From NCBI GenBank assembly GCA_046329885.1, contig JAXLTU010000002.1:144520-208519 (forward strand): a DNA stretch of 64,000 nt, given 5' to 3'. The notes below the pieces were generated by a model. The model did not search any database. It saw only the letters and a list, made by a program, of their open reading frames with translations, and was not told the origin of the DNA. Source of the stretch: Bacteroidales bacterium. Its GTDB lineage: Bacteria > Bacteroidota > Bacteroidia > Bacteroidales > VadinHA17. Of the stretch, positions 18,301 to 25,261 are shown piece by piece (the first letter of the stretch is position 1; the number at the start of each line of letters is the position of its first letter). A program made the position numbers and the translations under genes.

Positions 18301-20214
18301 TTCAAGGATTTTTACTGAACCGTCTTTGTGATAGTAACCTACCTTCATCGTTGTCGTTCTGGCTTGATCTTCCTTCCCCTCCAGAGCTAACTGGTCCACT
18401 AGAAGTGCTGCCGCCTTAACGAGATACTCTGGAGCTATTGTCTGTTCAGGGCTTTTCCCGAGTATCTCTTCAGCAGTGAATCCGAGTATCTTTTGAACGG
18501 AGGGGGTTACCCATGTTGTCTGCAAATTAAGGTCACAGGTCCAGAGTATGTCATACATCCTTTCCGTCAGCCCCCTGTAGTTATTTTCACTTTCCCGGAG
18601 TTTCTTCTCTGCCAGTTTGAGCCTTGTAATATCAGTACCTACAATCAGGTAAAAGACTTTGCCCACGGGCATAACCAGGTCAATTGACACGAGCAGTACT
18701 ACCTGTTCACCATTTTTCTTGACTGTCGAGAACTCGCGGTTTCTGAAAGATCCTTCCCTGGCTATATTCTCCCTGACTTCTTCCTTCAGATCAGGTTCGA
18801 TCTTGAAAATCTCATCAATTGTTTTTCCGATAACTTCCTGATCCGTGAAACCAAGTGTTTCACGGAACGAGTTATTGACCTCAACCAGTTGCTCGGTATC
18901 AACTGTACAGAGGCCCATAAGATCCGGGCTCACGTTAAATATCCTGTGAAATTTCTCCTCCGAGAGTTTAAGGAGTGAAATATCCTTGCTAACCCCGAAG
19001 AAAACATTTTTACCATCCCACTCCCCTTTAATAACATAGGTTTCCACGGGAATTAGCTCGCCGGTTTTTGTAATCAATGGAATATGGCAAGAGGATTCTG
19101 TACCTGAAACCACTTCTATCACTCTCTTCTCAGCTTCTTGCCTTAAAGCTTCCGGATGGACAATTGAAATGTGTTGCCCAAGTAATTCTGAAGCTTTGTA
19201 TCCCAACCTGTTGATAACAGTTTCATTAATTTCAATTATCCTGCCTTTTGTATCAAGCACCCAGTGAAAGTCGATATCCGAATGAAAGAAATTCTTGAGG
19301 TTTGTCTCGCTTTTTCTCCTTTTTGTTTCCGTATCGTTTCTTTTAATTGCAACTCCTACCAGATTGGCGAAAACAGCAACGGATGCATTGTTTCTCATCT
19401 CCTTCCCTTTGCCGAAAAACAGGATGAAGTCGCCCATTATCTGGGAGTCTGCACTCATTTCAACAACGTATACTGAGCCTGTATTTGTAACAGCGGAGAT
19501 AGCGGTACTAAGTTTTTCAGGGATCGATCCCTCGGCCAGATCTGTTATACAGCCAAACCTCACCACGTGATGATGTCTGATCTGGTTAAGCCTGGCCTCG
19601 GAAACATCCCACTCCCTGTTTAAAAGAGAGTACCCTATGAGCCGGTAAACAGCCTTTACAATTCCAGGTTTGCCATAAACGGCAACATTCCTGAATTTTT
19701 TACTATCCTCCGAGTAAAGGTTAAAAACTCCAAAATCCGCACCGGCAAGCTTGCAAATCTCGCAAGTCAGGTTCCTGTAATCAAGAGGGTATCCTCCTTC
19801 ATCAAGAAGCATCCTGCTTAAGGATATCACCTCGTCACTTTCGCTACCAGTTCTCGACTGAATCTCTTCCAGAAGTATTGAAAAACAGTTTTTATTATCA
19901 GGAATGGTCCTCAGCAAGTAGCTTCTACCCGTGATGGCAGAGTACCTCTCCACGGAAACGACCTTATTTGATAATAAAGCTTTCTCGTATAGCTCGATAT
20001 TATCAAGGCCCGACTGACCGTCGGAAGAAATCAGCTCAAGCAGATCCTTCCCTTCAAGCTTATCTGTAGGTATACCGGTAATATCCGTGAAAGACCTGTT
20101 TACCTCTATTATCGAAAATACTCTTTCTGAAGATTTTACACCTTCTTTCATTGCAATCCTGGCATAGCCCGTGTTGGATTGCATTAATACGGATTTATAC
20201 TGACCTTCATCCAT
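15355..20214 (-). CDS. Multi-PAS/GAF hybrid sensor histidine kinase with C-terminal receiver domain
   Basis: 1619 aa with multiple PAS-like modules and GAF-like segments. HisKA is [23 protein letters not shown]. The HATPase has the [10 protein letters not shown]-type G-box. The receiver is ILVVEDD...[13 protein letters not shown]...KP. Confidence 0.9.
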   Translation of the reverse strand: [1619 protein letters not shown]

Positions 20215-20452
20215 GTGATGCAGACATTAGATAGTCAAAAATATCAGAATTAGTTCTAAAGACTCCTACAAAATCAAATATAATGGGAATGGTTCAATAA
20301 GTCAACACATTAACAATTTTTATAGACACGATATAATATAAATCATAAATAAGCACTTTGTAACTAAATAAAAAAATGAGTACCCGAAAGGCTGGTCACC
20401 CAGATTTATCAGGATTTATTACTTTAGTACTTGTTACCATAGTCAGGAAAAC

Positions 20453-21376
20453 ATGAAAATACAGAATTCATCCAGCCGATTGATAGTTTTGACCCTGGTC
20501 TTAGCGACAGTAAGCCTTCTGGAAGCTCAGGTTCCTTTGGAACAGGCACTATGGCCTGATGGGATACCCGGGAACCCGGTTGTTTACAAAACCGAAAAGG
20601 TCAGAAAGGAAAACTTCAGAGCAAGTTCATTATCACAGAGCAACAGGGTCTTCAGCCAGGTTTCCAAACCCACATACGTGATAATCAGACCTTCAACTGT
20701 AAAACCTAACGGGACTGCCGTTGTCATTTGTCCGGGTGGTGGTTTCCGTGATGTCTGGTTCGACAGGGAGGGAATAGACCTTGCATTATGGCTTGCAGGC
20801 AAAGGGGTTACTTCGCTGGTGCTGAAATACAGGACCTTTAATCCCGATGCTGAAGGTAATACTCTTACCGTTGATAAGTACTACCCACAAGTCATTGCAG
20901 ACGCCCGCCAGGCAATCCATACTCTTCGTTCAGAAGCCGGAAAGCTTGGGCTCGATGTCAGGAAAATAGGGATTTGTGGATTTTCGGCGGGAGGATCATT
21001 ATCACTAAGGGCTGCATCTGGAATGGACGATAAAAAATACCCCTCGTATGTGAAATTCACAGACAACGACTCTAAACCAGATTTCGCTGGTCTATTCTAT
21101 CCTGGTCTTGATAATGAATTAATAAGTTCCGTTGCAAAAAAAGAGACCTTCCCTCCTGTTTTCATCATGAACGGTGGTGAAGATAACATCACTCCTGCAT
21201 CAAACTGCATCGAGTTATACAAGGTACTTACAGAGAAAAAATTCTCGTGTGAACTTCATATATACTCGAAAGGAGGACATGGATTTGACTCCGGTCTCGA
21301 AAGGGGAAACGCGATCAGTACCTGGCGCGATAGTTTTCTTGCCTGGTTAAAGGACAGGGGATTCATCGTGGAGTAA
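20453..21376 (+). CDS. Secreted alpha/beta-hydrolase (esterase/lipase, HSL-like)
   Basis: Signal peptide, an oxyanion-hole-like CPGGGF, the nucleophile elbow GFSAGG, and a C-terminal GGHGF. Confidence 0.8.
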   Translation: MKIQNSSSRLIVLTLVLATVSLLEAQVPLEQALWPDGIPGNPVVYKTEKVRKENFRASSLSQSNRVFSQVSKPTYVIIRPSTVKPNGTAVVICPGGGFRDVWFDREGIDLALWLAGKGVTSLVLKYRTFNPDAEGNTLTVDKYYPQVIADARQAIHTLRSEAGKLGLDVRKIGICGFSAGGSLSLRAASGMDDKKYPSYVKFTDNDSKPDFAGLFYPGLDNELISSVAKKETFPPVFIMNGGEDNITPASNCIELYKVLTEKKFSCELHIYSKGGHGFDSGLERGNAISTWRDSFLAWLKDRGFIVE

Positions 21377-21388
21377 TATCGTGGAAAT

Positions 21389-22780
21389 ATGAAAAAGATC
21401 CGAAGGGCTATATTGTCCATGACTTTTTTGGTGATTTGCTTTGGATGCAATAACGAGGCAACTCTCACTCCAAATCTCAGGCTTTCGGATAACAACAGGT
21501 ACCTTTCCTCAGCTAATGGTGATCCATTTTTCTGGCTTGGTGATACCGGCTGGCTGCTGTTTAAAAAGTTAAACAGGGAGGAGGCAGAGAAATACCTTGA
21601 AAACCGAAGGCAGAAGGGATTCAATGTTATCCAGGCCATGCTGATTCATGACATTAATAAATGTGATAATTTTTACGGGGACAGCGCAATCTCGGGAAAT
21701 GACATAAGCAGGATTAAGGTCACGGCCGGTGATTCTCCCGACAACCCCGGACAGTACGATTACTGGGACCATGTTGATTACGTGATCAGAAAAGCCGGCG
21801 AAAAGGGGATATACATGGCCCTGGTCCCCGTGTGGGGTTCTAACGTAAGATCAGGAAAGGTCAGCAAGGAACAGGCATCGGCATACGCAACCTGGCTGGC
21901 AGGAAGGTACGGGAAAAAAGCAAACGTGATCTGGCTTAATGGTGGCGACGTGAAGGGAAGCGATTACACTGACATCTGGAATACAATTGGAAGCATACTC
22001 AACACCAATACCGGAAATCAACTTGTTACTTTTCATCCCTTTGGCAGGACAAGATCTGCAGAATGGTTCCATAACCAGGACTGGCTCAGTTTCAACATGT
22101 TCCAGTCGGGTCATCGCGATTACTCGCAGGACACGGCGGGGACAGCTTATGGTGAGGACAACTGGAGATACATGAATGAAGACTATGCCTTGAGCCCGGT
22201 CAAACCATCACTCGACGGGGAACCCTCTTATGAATCAATCCCTCACGGGCTACACGACACAACTCAGGTTTACTGGACCGATGCCGACGTTAGAAGGTAC
22301 GCCTACTGGTCTGTTTTTTCCGGGGCATGTGGCTTTACTTATGGTCATAATGCCGTGATGCAGTTTCACCGTAAGGGTGAAAAGGGAGGGGCCTACGGTG
22401 TGAAGGAAAAATGGGAGGACGCCATAAATGCCCCGGGCTCCGGTCAGTTGATAAACATGAAGAAATTGATGTTGTCAAAACCTTATTATGAAAGGGTTCC
22501 CGCCCAGGAGCTTATCGCCGGGAGCAACGGGGAAAGATATGCCTATCTTGTCGCCACCAGGGGAAGAGATTATGCCATGATTTACACATACACAGGAAGA
22601 TTTATTCCTATAAACACGAGTTTACTTGGATGGACTGAATTCAATGCTTCATGGTTCAACCCAACAGATGGAACGTCTATTTCCGAAGGTATTCATACAA
22701 CAGGGAACAATCTTGTGTTTGACCCTCCCAGCGAGGAGAAACCAGGGAATGACTGGGTGCTCGTTCTTGAAAAAAAATAA
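21389..22780 (+). CDS. Glycoside hydrolase family 140-like protein (DUF4038 + collagen-binding-like C-domain)
   Basis: The N-terminal NGDPFFWLGDTGWLLFKKLNREEAEKYLENRRQKGFNVIQ is the characteristic DUF4038/GH140 opening. Confidence 0.7.
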   Translation: MKKIRRAILSMTFLVICFGCNNEATLTPNLRLSDNNRYLSSANGDPFFWLGDTGWLLFKKLNREEAEKYLENRRQKGFNVIQAMLIHDINKCDNFYGDSAISGNDISRIKVTAGDSPDNPGQYDYWDHVDYVIRKAGEKGIYMALVPVWGSNVRSGKVSKEQASAYATWLAGRYGKKANVIWLNGGDVKGSDYTDIWNTIGSILNTNTGNQLVTFHPFGRTRSAEWFHNQDWLSFNMFQSGHRDYSQDTAGTAYGEDNWRYMNEDYALSPVKPSLDGEPSYESIPHGLHDTTQVYWTDADVRRYAYWSVFSGACGFTYGHNAVMQFHRKGEKGGAYGVKEKWEDAINAPGSGQLINMKKLMLSKPYYERVPAQELIAGSNGERYAYLVATRGRDYAMIYTYTGRFIPINTSLLGWTEFNASWFNPTDGTSISEGIHTTGNNLVFDPPSEEKPGNDWVLVLEKK

Positions 22781-22831
22781 GATACAGAAAGAAACAAATT
22801 CAGACTTGCCCGTAAATAATCTGATTTTAAA

Positions 22832-23284
22832 ATGATAAGACTTAACAGGACAGACTCATCTGATCCTCATTTCATTGATCTGGTACGTGACCTTGATGCC
22901 GAGCTCGCTATCCGCGACGGTGAAGATCACATGTTTTATTCTCAATTCAACACTATACAGGGACTAAAACATGTCGTGGTCGCTTATATTGATGGTTATC
23001 CTGCCGGTTGCGGTGCTATCAAACCTTTTGATGAGGCAACGATGGAGATCAAACGCATGTTCGTGAGAGCAGATTACAGGAGGATGGGCATAGCAGGAAC
23101 AGTTCTGGGAGAACTTGAAAAATGGACCCTCGAGTTGTCATGTAAAAAGTGCATCCTCGAAACCGGGCTTAAGCAACCCGAGGCAATAGGACTTTATAAA
23201 AAAACCGGCTACATACCAATACCAAACTACGGCCAGTACGAGGGAGTTGAAACCAGTGTCTGTTTTATAAAAGAACTAGTCTAA
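22832..23284 (+). CDS. GNAT family N-acetyltransferase
   Basis: The acetyl-CoA binding segment is MFVRADYRRMGIAGTVL. The protein is 150 aa. Confidence 0.85.
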   Translation: MIRLNRTDSSDPHFIDLVRDLDAELAIRDGEDHMFYSQFNTIQGLKHVVVAYIDGYPAGCGAIKPFDEATMEIKRMFVRADYRRMGIAGTVLGELEKWTLELSCKKCILETGLKQPEAIGLYKKTGYIPIPNYGQYEGVETSVCFIKELV

Positions 23285-23339
23285 TGATCAGCTGATTCAT
23301 TCAACTGATTGCAACGGGTTAAACCGGAAATAGAATCAC

Positions 23340-23783
23340 CTATTTAATATATTCTGAAGACTCCAGTTTTATCGCGTTCAAGGAAAGCAGCACGTCTTTA
23401 AAGAAATAAACCAGTGAGATAAACATTGACATAATGGATATTATGAACAGTAAATATCCTATAAATTTCAAGTCGATATCCGACAGGCTCATTATTAGCA
23501 GCAAGGGAATTATAAGGCAGCTTGAAATCATACCAGCAAGCATCCATGCAATAGAGTTCCTCAGCAAACGGCCCCTGTCGAGCAGGATATGAATCTCGTT
23601 CTCCTTCAGTTTGGTACGTTTGGTATTTGGATTATCCAGTTCAGCGACCAGATGCCTTATGCGATCTACTACCCTTCCTATACGGTTGGTGATTGTCAGG
23701 AGCAGCAGGCCTACACCAGAGATCAGCGCTACAGGCGTGATACAGGCCTGTAGAAATTTAGTGAAATTAGTTAAAGTCTCCAT
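23340..23783 (-). CDS. DUF2721-like membrane protein
   Basis: ITPVALISGVGLLLLTITNR, followed by a helix and two C-terminal TM segments, in a 147-aa protein. Confidence 0.55.
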   Translation of the reverse strand: METLTNFTKFLQACITPVALISGVGLLLLTITNRIGRVVDRIRHLVAELDNPNTKRTKLKENEIHILLDRGRLLRNSIAWMLAGMISSCLIIPLLLIMSLSDIDLKFIGYLLFIISIMSMFISLVYFFKDVLLSLNAIKLESSEYIK

Positions 23784-24014
23784 CTGTCTCGATCTAGTTT
23801 GGTAAGCCGCGAATATATACTCACGGTAATAATAAAAATACTGACTTATTGCATATTACCACCAGATGAAAAATAAAAATAATAACCCGGTAAACGAAAA
23901 CTGTGAAAAAGCGAAAATGAGAATGGTAAGCGCCCGCCATAAAGTTGCTTACTGACTTCAAGTTGTCCTGCAAGACAGTGATAAACAATATTTGTTTCTC
24001 GCTGTTGATCAGTC

Positions 24015-24371
24015 ATGGAAGCAGTTATCATTTATGATGGCGAATGCAATCTTTGCAACACTACCGTGAAGTTCGTCAAGAGGCACGACAAGCGATCAGT
24101 GTTCAGTTGTGTTTCAGCACAATCTGACGAGGGAAAAGCTTTACTATCAAAAAACAGGTTAAGCATGGTTGCTGCCGACACGGTTATCCTTTTTCATCAA
24201 AATACCATTTATACTTTATCAGAGGCGGTTCTTGTGATTTTCAGATTAATGGGAGGCAAATGGAAAATATTATATTTCCTGAAAATCATTCCTGCATCTT
24301 TCAGGGATTATGTTTACAAGGTTGTCGCCCGGAACAGGCATCGTTTAACAAAAAGCTCCATGAAATGTTAA
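24015..24371 (+). CDS. DCC-family thiol-disulfide oxidoreductase (DUF393)
   Basis: N-terminal IIYDGECNLCN motif and a size of about 118 aa. Confidence 0.75.
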   Translation: MEAVIIYDGECNLCNTTVKFVKRHDKRSVFSCVSAQSDEGKALLSKNRLSMVAADTVILFHQNTIYTLSEAVLVIFRLMGGKWKILYFLKIIPASFRDYVYKVVARNRHRLTKSSMKC

Positions 24372-24565
24372 ATCTATTGGCTTGTTCTCGTCTTAAGCAT
24401 GGACGATATGGCCAAGCCCCGTTCCTGGCAGGAACATCTCGGGAAAAAGACTTTTAAGGAAGAATACAATAACTTGCTCCTGAAGGCGGGCTGAGCGATT
24501 GATGAGCGGTATGTCCCTTGATTGGAGTCACGCTCCTCCGGAGCTTGAAACTTGTTTGTGCTGTT

Positions 24566-24613
24566 ACCCCCGGTTGCACCGGGGGTTATTCAGATGTGGC
24601 TCTTTCAGAGCCA
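24566..24613 (+). other. Two adjacent perfect stem-loops at the left edge of the repeat mosaic
   Basis: The first is ACCCCCGGT-tgc-ACCGGGGGT (24566-24586, 9 bp). The second is TGGCTCT-ttc-AGAGCCA (24597-24613, 7 bp). Confidence 0.5.
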
Positions 24614-24633
24614 TTTGTCATCCCAGATTCACG

Positions 24634-25260
24634 GCAGTACCCTACCCGGCACCCAGCACCGCGAAACGAGCACCCCTTTAATAAAGCTGCAGAGGCTGTA
24701 TAACTAGGTCCTTCTTCCCCCGTGCTCCGTGCTCCCTGCCTACGCTGAAGCTCCGGCAGGCAAGTGTGCCCTGTGCTTCCCGGTCCACGGTCCTGGGTTC
24801 TGGGTCCTCGGTCTGTTCGGAGCCTGGTCCCAGGCACTGCACTACCGAGAACCGAGAACCAAGCACCGAGAACCTTTATAGAAAGCTGTAGAGGCCTTAA
24901 ATGCTGTAGATGCTATATTAGGAAGTTCCTTCTTCGACCAAGGACCGAGCAACAAGGAACGAGGACCTTTAGATTAAGCAGTAGAGGCTATAGATGCAAT
25001 AAAGAGCTTGATTAATAGCACTTTCTTCCCCCGTGCCCTTGAAGAAAGCTGTAGAGGCTCTAAATGCTTTAGGGGCTGTATTAGAAAGTTCCTTCTTCGA
25101 CCTAGGACCGAGAACCTTCTTCCGCTGTGCTCTGAGCCCCGTGCCCTGAGCTTCTTCCCCTGTGCCCTGTGCCCTGTGCTTCTTCCTTCTTCCCCCGTGC
25201 CCTGTGCTCCGTGCCCTGTGCTTCTTCCCCTGAGCCCTGTGCTTCTTGAATAAAGCTGTC
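24634..25260 (+). repeat. Non-coding mosaic of phase-locked heptanucleotide arrays separated by conserved AAAGCTGYAGAGGC boxes
   Basis: 25118-25250 parses as 19 consecutive in-phase heptamers of the CYGWGCY and TCTTCCY types. Shorter runs are ACCGAGA x4 at 24844-74 and GGTCCNN x5 at 24782-816. Boxes start at 24683, 24882 and 25045, with degenerate copies at 24975 and 25252. A 73-nt unit is duplicated at 24881-24953 and 25044-25116. Confidence 0.8.
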
Positions 25261-25261
25261 C

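Noticed and set aside
24495-24560. A hammerhead-ribozyme-like string (UGAUGAG ... GAAAC ... GUC).
   Set aside because: The conserved CUGAUGA box has U instead of the essential C. I also could not draw convincing helices I-III around the core. This is most likely chance.
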